Positions 50,213 to 63,390 of a DNA stretch of 64,000 nt are shown here, one piece after another; within the stretch, counting starts at the first letter, position 1, and each line of letters starts with the position of its first letter. Source of the stretch: Carcharhinus longimanus (taxonomy: Eukaryota); contig JASCQW010000163.1 of assembly GCA_030264375.1 (NCBI GenBank), positions 21,495,899 to 21,559,898 on the forward strand, read 5' to 3'. Position numbers and translations under genes: made by a program. The notes below the pieces were generated by a model, which did no database searches, had not been told where the DNA came from, and saw only the letters and a program-made list of their open reading frames with translations.

Positions 50213-52139
50213 TTGACTACAAGACATTAGGCACACTCATTCCTCTTCCTGGGTCATCATTTATCGATGTTTACAATTCAGTGCCAGGCAGGTAAGGTAA
50301 AGTGAAATGTGGGGGAAAGTATTACTGCATATATGTACATGTGTTCTTCAAACAGGAGTCTTTGGATTCCAGTCAGGAGTGGAAATCCCTGCTGATTTTT
50401 TTTTATATATATCCACAACTTGTGTTCTTTTTTCAGACTATGTATAAGATAATTATTATTTTTCCAGCCTAGTAAATGTGCAACAGACCCAAATTTAAGC
50501 CAATTCCTGTTGTACAAAAACCAATCTTTGTTCCATCTAGTTTAACAATGGAGTGCATATTTTAAAATGTGCAATCTAGTATTAAAATAACACTTGTTTA
50601 GAATATAGGTATGTATCAGTTGCTGCTGCAAACAAGTACTAGTTAGTTTATTTTTGCACTGGATTGACAATGAGGTATGATCAGTTTTTCAGAATGGGTG
50701 GCTGAGGGTACTTATCACAGTTATACTAAAAGCTATGGTGTTCATCTGTTGGCTCAGTTGCTAAATGTTTGGAATTGAACGATATCAACCAAGAAAAAAT
50801 CCCAAGTTTGAGCCCTTGTTTCTGTGGTTTTACCAATGTTGCTATGGTGGGGAACAGGGACTCTATTGTGCTCAAGATGGATGGGAGTTGGGGAAGCTTG
50901 GGAAAGGGAGACAATTAGGTTTACAAGCCTGATCATAATAATATAAAATGCATGGCTTTTGACCTCTAATGAGGCAGGACTGAGTTTTGACTGTGATACG
51001 CAACAGAATTCAGTACCTCTGCTCATGGTTCTTTTAGAATTTGAGATATATCCACACAATGCACTGGAAAAATACAATATCTTAAACTCCTGAAAATAGT
51101 CTCCAGGAAACTCCGTTTGTTTTTATTCTGATCGAGGAAACCATGGCTTTCAGCTGAAAGATTAATATTTGAAGCATGCTGTAGTGGCATACTCAGTGTC
51201 AAATATGCTGTCCTTTTGCTTTGCTTTTTATTTGGAATTTGTATCGCTTTTATTTTTGTCCAAAAAAATTTCAATCTGGACTTTTATAGATATTATCTTT
51301 CTGAAAAAGAACCTTGTGGAGAAATACATTTTATTTCCTCATATGATTAAAGACTAATTTTGATTGGAAATATTATTTCAAGTGGAAATAATTTTGAAGA
51401 CAATCAAGTAGACTTCATTGAGATTAGATCCACTGAACTGGCCAACAGAGAAAACATAGTGAGAGGTATCAACATGTCAGACTACAGAGAGGTCAGGGAG
51501 GATAATGCACAATGATAGTAATTGATGACTTTGCTTTGGCTCTATTTTGCCATGGCAGAAGCAGAAACTTGATCAAACAAGTTGAAATGAAACTGTGGCA
51601 TTGGTGGGTATTGATGTGGGAGATGAGAACATTTCTAAAAATAAAAGAAAAGACAACTGATGTCTAAAGCATTTTTCTTTCAGAGCAGAGGGGTTGAAAC
51701 TGGTACTTTTTGAGGAAAGGAGAACTATTTACCTTGTCAGCTGGCTTGGGAACCAGGAAGAAAGGGTAGGTTATCAGCAGTTTAGTTTCAATCAGGTCTG
51801 GGGTGCCGGACATTTAGGCTTGTGGACGAGGTGAGCTCTGAGAACATGAGAATGAATCTAGAGAGAGAGATGGGATCCTCGGAATCTGTTGGTGTACAAC
51901 TAAACCATTTGTGTGCCAGATGCACTCAAGTTTGAATCTCGGATTAGAGGGAGCAAAAGGCAAGACCAAATGAGAGTCAATTAAGGTTTTCTTTTATTTG
52001 GTCATGATATATGGATGTTATTATTGGGGCAAACAATTAACCCCCATTCCTAATCGCTTTTGATGTGATGATGAACTGCAGCAATCTTTATGGTACATCC
52101 ACAGTACTGTTAGATAAGAAGTTCTGGTATTTTTTCCAT

Positions 52140-54650
52140 TTTGTTTTGGTGCCAATGGCTAGGCATTTATTAACCTTCCCTAATTGCTCTTTTACAAGGT
52201 AGTTGTGAGCGAGTTGACTTCTTGAACGGCTGCAGTCCATGTTGCTTATTTACACAGTGCTTTTAGGGAGACAGGTCTGGGATTTTGACCCAATAACAGT
52301 GAAGGAACAGCAATGCATTTCCAAGTCAGGATGGTCTGTGTCTTACAGGGGAATTTTTCAGGTGGTCTGTGTCTGCTGCTTGATGGTGGTCATTGGTTTG
52401 GAAGATACTGTTTGAGTCTTGATGAGCTCCTGCAGTGCATTTTGTAGATGGTACACACTGTTGCCACTGTGTATCAGTGGTGGAGTGAATGAATATTTGT
52501 GGAGGGGGTGGCCAATCAAGCGGGCTGCTTTTGTGTTGGATGGTGTCAAGCTTCCTGAGTTTTGTTGGAGCTACACTCAGGCAAGTCACACTCCTGACTT
52601 GTGTCTTGTAAGTCGAAGGCACCCTTTGTGGAGTCAGTTGAGTTACTCACCATAGGATTCCCAGTCTTTTAGCTCTTGTAGACATATTTATATGGCTGCT
52701 CCTGATACATTTCTGGTCAGTGGTGACCTGCAGGATATTGATAGAGAGGAATTCAGCAATGGTAATGGCATTGAATGATGGTTAGGATCTCTTGTTGGAG
52801 ATCGTAGTTGCCTGGCACTTGTGTGGCGTNNNNNNNNNNNNNNNNNNNNNNNNNNNNNNNNNNNNNNNNNNNNNNNNNNNNNNNNNNNNNNNNNNNNNNN
52901 NNNNNNNNNNNNNNNNNNNNNNNNNNNNNNNNNNNNNNNNNNNNNNNNNNNNNNNNNNNNNNNNNNNNNNNNNNNNNNNNNNNNNNNNNNNNNNNNNNNN
53001 NNNNNNNNNNNNNNNNNNNNNNNNNNNNNNNNNNNNNNNNNNNNNNNNNNNNNNNNNNNNATGTACTGGATCTGAGATGACTGACTTCCCACAGTCAGAA
53101 CCTTCATCTTTTGCGCTGGGTATGACTTCACCAGCAAAGAATCTTTCCCCTGGTTCTCGTTGACTCCAGTTTTGCTTGGGCTTCTTGATGCCAAATGCAG
53201 TGAAATGCAACCTCAAGGGTAGTTACTCCTACCTCACCTCTGATGTTCAGCTCTTTGACTGTGTTTGAACCAAGATTGTAATGAGGTCAGGAGTTGACTG
53301 GCTCTAACAGAACTCAAACTGAGCATCAATAGCAGGCTACTGCTGAGCATGTGTCACTTGATAGCACTATTGATGACACCTACTACTAATCCAAGAGTCG
53401 ACTGATGGAGTGGTAACTAGCCAGGTTGGATTTGTCTGGCTTTTTTTTGTGTGTACAGGACATGCTTTGACAATTTTCCACATTGCTGGTTAGTTGTCAG
53501 TGTTGTAACTACAGGATCAGCTTGGCTAGGGGCATAGCAAGTTCCAGAGTACAAGTCTTAAGTACAATAGCCTGGGCCATGAGGTTACCAATCATGATTG
53601 AGTTCAATTCTGCTGCTGCTGATGGTCCATACTGGCTCATGGTTACCCAGTCTTGAGTTGCTTGATCTGTTTGAAATCTTTCCAAATTTTAACACATAGG
53701 TTGTGCCTCAACAGGATTGACGGTATTTTATCTCCTGAAGGATTGTGTGGTGGTAATTTCTACTGATAACTGTCATGGGCAAATCAGTCTGCAGCAGGCA
53801 AGTTGGTGAGGATGAGTTCAAGTATGTTTGTTTTATTTCTCCTCTCTGTGGTTTCCCCACCACCTGCCGCAGACCAGTCTAGTAACTATGCCTTTTAGGA
53901 CTTGGCCAGCTCGGGCTGTCGCAATGCTACTCAGTCACTCTTGAACCTAGCTAGAATATATTATGTCCACTTGCCACCCTCCATGATTCTCCAAGTGTTG
54001 TTCAACTTGGAATACTGATTCATCAGCAGGTAGGATGTTGGTAGAAATCAACAGGAGGTTTCCTTATCCATGTTTAACTTGATGCCGTGAGACGACGAGT
54101 CAATATTGAGGATTCCCAGGACAATCCCCTCCTGACTGTGTACACCACTGTGGTGCCACTTCTGCTTGGTTAGGGATGGTATGTCTGGGACATTGTGTCT
54201 GATATGATTCCCTGAGCATGATTGTTATTGTCTCTCCAACCCTCTTCCCCCTTCCCACCCCTTCTCTCTCTCTCTCTCTCTCTCTTCCCCAGCCCACTGA
54301 GATGTTAGGTAGACTTGGGCTGAGTTTCCTGTTGTTTTTCCTGGTATGTAGGTCAATGCCAGATGCTCCATTTGGTTTCTTATCCAAGTTTTTGATACAA
54401 CTGAATGCCTTGTTAGGTCACTTCAGAGGGCATTTAATATCAGCCACATTGCTGTAGATCTGGAGTTACTTGTAAGTCATATCTGGAGTCATCAGACCAG
54501 GCAAAGACTACAGGACGTGAATGAACAAGGTTTTTTGTTTAGCAGTGAGTCAGTGAATTCAGATTCTGTTGTGGGATTCAAACCCTGATCGTCAGTGCAT
54601 TTCTCTAGCTGTCTGGATTACTAGCCCAGTGACAAAAGCATATTGCCTCT
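52140..54650 (-). mobile_element. CR1/L2-group LINE, decayed but with both ends, tRNA-like 5' head
   Basis: 3' tail at 52150-52192; YKTQVRSV and KLDTIQ; RT (SYPAQKMKV.VGSQSS); endonuclease (IMLRESY, KHG*GNLL); head with gggtttgaatccc at 54573-54585. Confidence 0.82.
54262..54284. repeat. (CT)n microsatellite
   Basis: ttctctctctctctctctctctc. Confidence 0.9.
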
Positions 54651-54684
54651 TTTCTCCCTTCCCCCTCCCCGTGACCCAAAGGAA

Positions 54685-55465
54685 GCCTTGGTAAGTTACT
54701 GCAGTGCTTCTTATACGTGCTAAACACTGCAACCATGTTGTGCTATTGGTGAATGTTTTAAGTGATCAGTCAACTAAGCTGTTTTACTATGGATAGTGTC
54801 AAGTTTCTTCAATATTGCTGGAGCTGCACTCATCCAGGCAAGTGGGGAGTATTTCGTAACACTCCTGGCTTGTAAATGATGGAAAGTTTTTCACTAGTCA
54901 GGAAATAAATTGGTCACTGCAGGATACTGAACCTGTGACCTACTATGTGGCGGGTCCAGTTCAGTTTCTTCTCCATTGGTAATACAAGAAGTTATTGTTG
55001 GGGGATTCAGTGATGGTGCTAAGGTTGGGTGATAAGAGCTGGTTAGATTCTTTCATTTGTAGATGGACCCTACCTGAATCTTGTATGATGCAAATGTTCA
55101 TTATCTGCTCAAGGTTGAATGTTTTCCACGTCTTGTGAATGTGGACGCAGGTGATTTCATTATCTTGAACTATAATGAATTGAGCACTGCAGTTATCAGT
55201 GAATGGCCTCACTTCTGACCTCATGTTTGAGGATAGGTCATTAATGAAGCAGTTGAAGCCAGTTGGTGATACAGCCCTCAGGAACTCCTGCAGCAGTGTT
55301 CTGGAGCTGAGATTGGTCTTCAATAGCCGCAGCCATCCTGCGTTGTCTTAAGTATGATCCCAGCTGGGAGGAGGAGTGACCCCCCCGATTCTCATTTGCA
55401 TCAATTTTATTCTGGGTCTTTGATACCACTCCGTCAAAATGCTGCTTTGACATCAATGGCACCAA
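54685..55465 (-). mobile_element. CR1/L2-group LINE RT fragment
   Basis: SYLRQRRM...AGVPEG and FNCFINDLSS..RSEVRPFTDNC (degenerate PQG and FADD motifs). Confidence 0.82.
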
Positions 55466-56585
55466 CTGGTTTTGCTGTTGACAAAGGTATTCTAGATGGA
55501 GATGAGGTATTGGTTGTGTAGGCCAACATCAACAGCTGGAGTAGAATTGTGAATCAAAAGCCAAAGGCTATGCAGCTCAAAGTTTGCTTATTTTTGAAGG
55601 AGATCTTTTTCAAAGGGCACATGAAGAAAAGGTTGGTTGCCAGGTCTCCAGTTGTAAGATCTGGAAAGCAAGGATGTGGTAAATAATGGCTCTTTCAGTG
55701 ATTGGAAAGCATGTGATTAGAAAAGCCAAGGGAGCCATCATGGTTGAGGGATCAGTGAATACAGAGGTGAGGTGAGGAAGGGATGTGCGATTGAGATTGC
55801 ACACTGTATGAGGAGTTGCTTGGTGCATATGTTAAGTTGAGGAGAAACCTGGGTGGGGAGTGTGATTGTAAAGGAACAGCAAGAGGAATGGATTAATGTC
55901 CTCAAAAGAGTTTAATCTGCCAGATGAGAAATCAAGCTAGTAATGTGAGTCGTGAAAATAATACAAGTGTGGCCAGTTAGGAGGCTAAGCATCAGCACTG
56001 ATCTGTTAAATTTCAATCCGAGGCAGAAGCGCTGATTTCAACTTGTGGCAAAGTGCAGCCTATGGCTGGATTGAGGTGGGAGATGGTTTATACAGCTATC
56101 CTGATAAGAATGTCTGGTGTATCTGCTGATATCTGACTTGGCTCCCACATGTGCTCGAATCTGAATTTCTTAGATTTGAGTAAATGAAGGGAATGACAAG
56201 GATTATTAATGGGATGTGGCCATTGCTGACAAGATGAGCAATTATTTCCCATCCCTAATTGCCCTTGAGAAGCCAGTGCACTGCCTCCCTTGAACTTGGG
56301 CCCTTTTAAATCCTGAACTAGAGAGAATAATTAAAAGTTGACATGGCTGACAAGAGGACTGGAGATGGGTGGGGAGAGGGTGAAAAGGGAAATAGAAGTC
56401 AAGAGCTTGGGTATGGAGCACAAAGGCACACTGATTTCTCATCTGTGTGCTGGTAGAATTAACTACCATCAATCCTGTAAATTGTCATGGAAATGGACAC
56501 TGTTCTTTAAACCATCAGTTTAGTGTACAGTTCTTCAGCCAATAACCCTTAATGAATTTGAGCTAATGATGTTTTGTTCACCCAG

Positions 56586-56634
56586 CAGAGGAAACCAGGA
56601 TATTTCAATCACTGAAGCAGTGAAGAATTCAGAG
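56586..56634 (+). CDS. ZNF280D: ZNF280D exon (49 nt, 2-0): RGNQDISITEAVKNSE
   Basis: ttttgttcacccag|CAG (tandem acceptor), donor GAG|gtaagt. Phase-compatible on both sides. Confidence 0.72.
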
Positions 56635-57622
56635 GTAAGTNNNNNNNNNNTGTTTCTTTAGCCATTACAACCCTTTTCAGATGTGTAAAAGCTGCTGAGT
56701 AGAATATTAAATGTATTGTAAATAGCTCTAGTACAGATAATGGCCAGATTATTAATAGACCTCTTATTTTGCATTTTCCTATTAAGTCTTAAATGCAATT
56801 ACTGACTTGCAGATCACTGGGTAATTGCAGGAAATTGCAATGATTTAATGCGACTAGCCTGTCCCTTAAATATATAATTGACTTTTAATCTTCAAATACT
56901 CACCCATAAAAATACATTTGGGTAGTTGTCAGACAGTGGGGATGCTATCAGACCGTGAACCCACTGTGCCAATTCTCCATTAAGTTCCTTCCTGTTCTGA
57001 CATGAACTTACAAACCAGAAGTTGGCTGTTATGCTTGCAATTCAGCTGCGTCAGTTGTATTACATGATGCTTCTGATTGACTGGATAACCCATCTAAAAG
57101 CAAGATACAAATTCTTGAATTTGTCCAAACTACAAAATAAATTTAAAAAATAGAATGAAAAAGAAATTAGCTGTGCGGGACCTGGGGAAAAATGAAATTC
57201 AACTTGCCTGTAAAAGTGGGGGAGGAGCATGGTAAGGTGAGCAGACGGATTTTGAAATACCTTGTAGATAAGGGTTAGTAGTACTGCAAGAGAGGGTATT
57301 GGAGTTTCTTTGCTACTGTGCTATTAAGAGTTATGTTGTCCCTTGTTTGAGTCAGTCATTAATCAACCATGTTGAATAATCAATCCTTGTGACTTCTGTA
57401 TTGAGATTATACTGCTCATTCTGAAGTTGGTTAATTTCAGAGTTTGGACATTCATGCCCTCTTTTGCTGTACTCTTATTTAATTTAAACAATTGAATAAT
57501 TCAGTTTTTGTCAGACAAATGGTTTTGAATTATGATATTTTTTCTATCAAAATCAAAATGATAAAAGAAAGGTATTAAAGTCTTAAGTTCTTAAAAGTCT
57601 CCTTTTCTGTTCTGTCTTTAAG

Positions 57623-57684
57623 GAGAAACCATCTTCCACCTTAGCTTTAGCAGAAAGTTTGGAAATTGATTTATCTTCTGATGG
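57623..57684 (+). CDS. ZNF280D: ZNF280D exon (62 nt, 0-2): EKPSSTLALAESLEIDLSSDG
   Basis: ttctgtctttaag|GAG ... ATGG|gtaatt. Phase-compatible on both sides. Confidence 0.72.
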
Positions 57685-57853
57685 GTAATTGAGATTTTCT
57701 TTTTAATAGATTAACAGATTGTATGTGGATAATTGCATCTGAAAATCCATCATTTTACAATATTTTGAAGTGAGAAGGAAAACATAAAACTCAAATAAGC
57801 TTCTTGGTTGTACGATTAAAAATAACGTCAGTTTTATTTTCTGTCTTTAACAG

Positions 57854-58592
57854 AAGCCAGCAGAAGACTGATCAGCCTTTAAAAGCTAAGGTTGAGTGTC
57901 CATCTGTGGAAGCTGTGCCTTTACCGCATTGTGACAACTTAAGTGGTCATCGAGACAAAATAAGCTTGATTGAAAATATAGAAAGTAATGAAGGCACTGA
58001 GAATACAACAGATCCACTGTCTGAATTGACTATGGAGAAACAAAGCAACACTGGAGAGACGGTACAGGACGATTCTTCAGATCGGGAACCGGCATCTCCT
58101 AACGCTGCTCAAAGTTTTAATTCTGTTGATAATGATGTAGAAATAATACCTGATGAATTTGAGGACAATGCTACTTGTGATGAAACAAAAGATTGCGGGC
58201 CTCTCGAGGATAGCGTGCAGAAGTGTAAAAAGATGGGGGACAAGGGGTTGGATGGAAAACGCTGTGCTGAAGACCAGGGTGAATACTCAAATAGAGAACA
58301 GGATAAGGATCACAAAGAAGATGTTTCTTTTGAGAAGTTTTTTAGGAGCAAAGATGAACCAGAAGCTGTTGGTTCTGACGCGAGTGAGCAGGGCAGCATC
58401 CAGCTGGAGCCACTCACACCGTCTGAGGTTTTAGAGCATGAAGCTACTGAGATCCTACAGAAAGGAAATGTGGTGACCTCCGCTAAGAAAAAGGGAGCAA
58501 ATGCTTCTGAGTGTGTAGAGGAAAGTCCAAAAGAGACCAGTCCAAGCTCAATACTCATGAGCTCAGAGCATCTAGAAGAAAATAATAGTTGA
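57854..58592 (+). CDS. ZNF280D: ZNF280D terminal coding exon, acidic C-terminus ending EENNS*
   Basis: ctgtctttaacag|A, in the 262-aa ORF frame. Motif EDVSFEKFFRSKDEPEAVGSDASEQGSIQLEPLTPSEVLEHEATEILQKG; TGA at 58590-58592. Confidence 0.93.
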
Positions 58593-59870
58593 AGCCTTGG
58601 GTGGGACGTTTGATTATCTTACTGGACTTTATTCATACAGAGCGACCGATACACACCAAGCACACAAATACTTGTACTGTTAAAGGCTTTGATATTCTTA
58701 TCCTGTTCAGATAGAGTTCACATTCCTGTCTTTGTCATAAAAATAGCATGTGAATAGAAAAGACTTACAATTCTGTAGAATTCTGTATAAAATTAAGCAC
58801 CTTTGTATAGGTGCAATCTTGCCAGGCTCTTAGCTTACCTAAGTAAACTTTCAGTGAAAGTGGAATCATTACAAAATATGTGAGATTATGTTGGTGTGCA
58901 GCTGTGCAGAAAAATCTGACTTCAGTCATGTGCAAGACATAATCCTGTCGGTGTAACCCAGTGCATATTATTTTAATAGTCTTTTGCAGTAGAGGTAGAT
59001 CACTTAGGATGGGTTACATGGTAAACCAAAGTGCAGTTCATCTTTTCCTTTTACTGTAGAAAATAGAATATGTTGTGTTAAGTAATGCTTTCTTTGTATT
59101 GGCATGTATGTTTTGTTCAGCAGTTAATTCTGCTTGCAGAGGTAGACATAAAAGGCGAGGACTGCAGAATATGTAACAGTGAATTGTTTAAAAAAAAACA
59201 AACTGCAGTACTTTAGTGCCAAGCTGACTCTGTGTATCAGGAAGAGTAAAGCTGCTTACAGTTATGCTGAATATTTTTTTGCTACATATTTGGTAAATAG
59301 CTCCAGACATGTACTTTGCTAGTGACTGACAGTGGCTTGCTTTGTTGTACAAACAGTTTGTGCAGAAAACAAAAACCCTATTTAGGTATCAAAACTTTAG
59401 ACTTGAGTCTTTGGATGTGTCTAATTTTACTTTGTTTCAAGGTTGTTTTATTTTAGTTGTGTACCTTTAGTTATGAGGTGCACCATAGTTATCAGAATTT
59501 GGAAGTGATGTGGATGTAAGAGCACCCTGATGCTGATGGCTGTTTATTTCGGCTGAGTGCATTTTTCTGGAATAGTTGAGTTAAGGAATATAAAAAGCAT
59601 GTAACAAATTTGATATATATATAATTTACTGATTTTTGTTGTCTCATTCATATGGGATGATTATTTTTTCAATTACCCTTTTAAATTTTCAAGAAAACCT
59701 GAAAATATTATTTGTCCATCTGCTAGCATGCACAATTTTTAATATCTCATTATATAGAATTGATTTCTTAAAAAGACTTGCATATTCTAAGCCACAAAGC
59801 AATATGAATCATTTAATAAAAAGCTTACTGTAATTGCATAATAAAAAGCAGTTGCACTTTCCACTTCTGA
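58593..59870 (+). promoter_or_regulatory. Probable 3' UTR with tandem poly(A) signals (AATAAA 59815-59820 and 59840-59845)
   Basis: Repeat-free AT-rich sequence after the stop codon. A longer UTR to AATAAA near 61517 is possible. Confidence 0.55.
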
Positions 59871-62554
59871 GAAATAATTACTAAAATGTGACATTTCTTA
59901 TTTGATTAAGATGGGCTCTTTTTCATATTTTCTAGCAATATGCATTTGAGAACCCACCTTAAATAACTATTGTGTGGCTACCATAATATTTTGGCTGCCT
60001 TATGACATGAGTGGTTTTGTATCTAAAATAATAATTCTCAAATGTGATATACTTTGTTTAAATTTTCTGCAGACTTTTAAAAAATATCTCCCATGTCATT
60101 TGCCTCCTATTGTATGCTCCTTCCATTAGGAGGAGAATTCTATATTACAAGATTTCCCCCTAACTGCCATCAATGCCTTTCTGTAATTGTGCAGCTGGAC
60201 ATGTCCTTACTGATGGTTGGTTTGTTTGTTTGTGGCTTTCCCCTTTCCTCTCACAGAAAACTCCTTAACAGTTATTGGTATTACCCCGGATAGTTTAAAG
60301 TTAAAACAGCTTTGGGAGTTGATCCCCTAACAGCTGGAGTATATAATTGGTAGATTGCTTCAGAGTCACACAGCTTCTTATAGTTCTTCCTTTTGAATAT
60401 TGGTTAATATCATTGCAAGATTAAATTTCTTGCAAGCATATGTTTTGGTACCAACATATTGGGCATTAGTTTACTAGTATATGATAAACTGTAATGCCCA
60501 ATTCTAATTTATTTTAGTGTGCTTTTGGTTGTGCAATCCATGCTTCCAAATATCATCTCAATTCAAAATTAGATATCATTCACTGATAGTGAAAGCTGAT
60601 CTCATTGATGCTCAATATTTATGATTCAGACTTATCTACTAGCTTTTCAAAGTGATAAAAGTTTCTGTGCCATTTGTACTAGGCTACTTCAAACTGTTCT
60701 AGTTCATCTGATGAAAAGAAAGTACACCTTATTGGCTGTGGCATCAGAGGTACTCAGCTGTGTTTTTATTTCATGTGGACACCATTTAAGATGTGATTAA
60801 CTGTAGTTGCCCTCCAGGTCCTTATGGTTTAGCAAATGCAGTCTGCCTTGTTAGGGGAAAGTGGGAGTTGAAATACAGCCTAATCTAATATAATTTCCCT
60901 TACACAATTAATTTATAGTGGCGTTGTAAATACTTTTGTTATGTGTTTTAAAATTATTAATTTAGGAATGGTTAGTACTTTACTTTAAGAATAATCTCCA
61001 TATTTGTATGTTGGAGTTAAGTTGGACTTTTAATGCTGTTATACCTCCAAAGTGTGAATTTACTTCCACTCCAGGATACTTGCACTTGAGTTCATGATCT
61101 ATTCATGAACATTGGGTATAAAAAGCAACTGTAAACAAAGCAATGTGCAACTGAATAAGTGTTATAGATGCTGTGCTTGCAAATGTTGGCAAATGGACAG
61201 ATTAGGCAAATTTGCATTATTGGACTAAACTACAATTGACACAATAGTTTGAACCTCTGAACTATATAAAAGTTAAAAATGTTGGTGGTGCAAAGACTTT
61301 CCTTAGAACTTCCAATGTGACTTTTTAATGCTAGCTGATTTGGAAGAGGAAATACGTTTTCTTGCTGCCATTGCGCCACTTTTTAGTGCTGGAACTGAAT
61401 TGACTCCTATTCAGAGTAAAGTTATAGACATTGGGAGGGGTGGAAATAATGGTTTGTATACTTTTCTTCTTGTAGAAGTTAAATGTAACTTTTAATGCCA
61501 GTGCCTGCAAGCTCAAATAAATAAATTGCATCTAAAGGCTTGTAATTGTGTAATTTCTTTGCATATGTTGGGACCTTATTTTGCCTTTTTTGCCTCCTCA
61601 TCTTCTCAACTGTTCTAAAATCAATGAATTGTGTGTGCTGAAGGCTGTCCAAAGCCACAGCCCCTTCATGTGTACACTTGAACTTTGGTGAATTCCTTGA
61701 TTGAGGAAACATTTAATCTCAACCTAAACCTTCACATGCATATAATCGCTTCCCAACAGTGATCACTGGATAATAATGAGGATATGAGATGTGCATCCCC
61801 ACCCTTCTCTCAGCATGTTGGCAGGTAAAAATTCCCATTTCAGACCCAAGTCATTACAAGTACTAGCAATATCTGTCTACAAATTTTAGTACCTGTGCTT
61901 TAACACAAAGGAACAACTCCTCCAAATACAAGAGATTGGAAGCTTGTACCGAAGATTAATATTTCTGTACTCTTGTCATTCAGCTAATGTTATTGAAATT
62001 AACTGGCACATGTATTGTCATTTAACCACCTAATGTTAGACATGGACTGCTTCAGTATCTGTGGCGTAGCGAATGTTGTGCAAACATCCTGACTTCAGAT
62101 CTCATGATGGAAGGAAGGTCATTGAAGATGTTTGGGCCTAGGACACTACCCTGAGGAACTTCTAGTCCCAAGTAACTGCAAATACAGTTCATTTTGACTC
62201 TTGCCATCATTTGTTTTCCATGGAGAGAAACCTCATTTTACCTCAAGCTGGTCTGATGCCATTGAGTGACTCAATGTGTTTGCAAACCTGTACTGATGGC
62301 AAGTATATTCAATATTTGTGATTCCATTTCAGTACAAAGCTGTCCAATTTCACTGAACAGAAAATGGACAAAACTGTCACACTGCCTCTATCTTGTGCCA
62401 AAGGGAACTTTGTTTTACTCTTGACAATCTTGAATATTGACATTTCCCTGACAATGGACTAAGCCCAATTTAAACTTACTTGAACTTTTTCATTTTTGCT
62501 GTTGAATAGACTTCAACTTGGATGAGTTAATATCTTGTAATGAATGAAATACAA

Positions 62555-62950
62555 TAAGAAAACAGCATGCATTTATGGAGCATCTTTAACAAAGAGTATC
62601 ATTTCGGGTGTAAGGCAAACTAAAAAACTGAACCAAAGAAGGAATGATTGGGGATAAGACCAGTAGGTATGTTCAAGAAAAATGATCTGAAGGAGGATAA
62701 GAAGAAGCAAAGAGGCTTATTGAATCAATTTAAGAGAAAGAAATGGGAAGGAGAAGGGGCTGCAAAAAGAATTTATAGGAGTGACCTGTTTGTGGGGTTA
62801 GAAGTCTGGAGGAGTTTACAGAAATAGGAAAAGGCAAAGCACCAGAGGGATTAAACAAATTTTACATTTGATCCATTGGCATGTGGGAGTTAATATAAGC
62901 AGAATATGGGTGAAAGGGCCAGCTGAGATGGGGCAAGTTGAGATTTGCGC
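62555..62950 (-). mobile_element. Decayed L2-type 3' fragment
   Basis: acagcatgcatttatggagcatctttaac tail followed by a purine-rich body. Confidence 0.45.
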
Positions 62951-63390
62951 AGCGGAACAGAGTGGACCACTTTCAAAATATGCCTTCCACCTCCACTGGG
63001 AAGGTCTTGCACAAATGGCAGAGAAGTCAAAATGGGTCTGATCTCCTAAATGTCCATGGTAAAGGTTTGAGCTTGCACTCGAGCTTTCTTCCAGATGTGA
63101 CTATACATTTAAATATGTATTGAAATGCACCTACTAAAATGTTTATATTCCTGATCTGACCACACTTCATTGTTTGCACCTTTCTGTTGCTTATTTTCAT
63201 TTTTTAAAGTGTATTTATATACTTTGGGTGAGGGATTGGGAGAAGATTGATTAAGGACCATATAATTAATTCCATAATTTTCCCTCGGTACTTGAGTATT
63301 CCTTGGAGGGTGTTTTATGGAATTTAGCTGTACACTGAAAAATAAATCACTTGTTTGTTTATCTAGAACCTTAAGTCCTGTTGTATACAT

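Larger units (their letters stand above)
2795..58592 (+). other. ZNF280D: ZNF280D-like gene, 5'-partial, 16 coding exons in window
   Basis: Exons chain in frame via GT-AG introns. Peptides [80 protein letters not shown] and SEQGSIQLEPLTPSEVLEHEATEILQKG match vertebrate ZNF280 proteins as I recall them. The acidic C-terminus points to ZNF280D. Confidence 0.92.

Noticed and set aside
58153-58558. Overlapping alternative-frame and antisense ORFs in the last exon
   Set aside because: Shadow ORFs of the real coding exon; no independent evidence.
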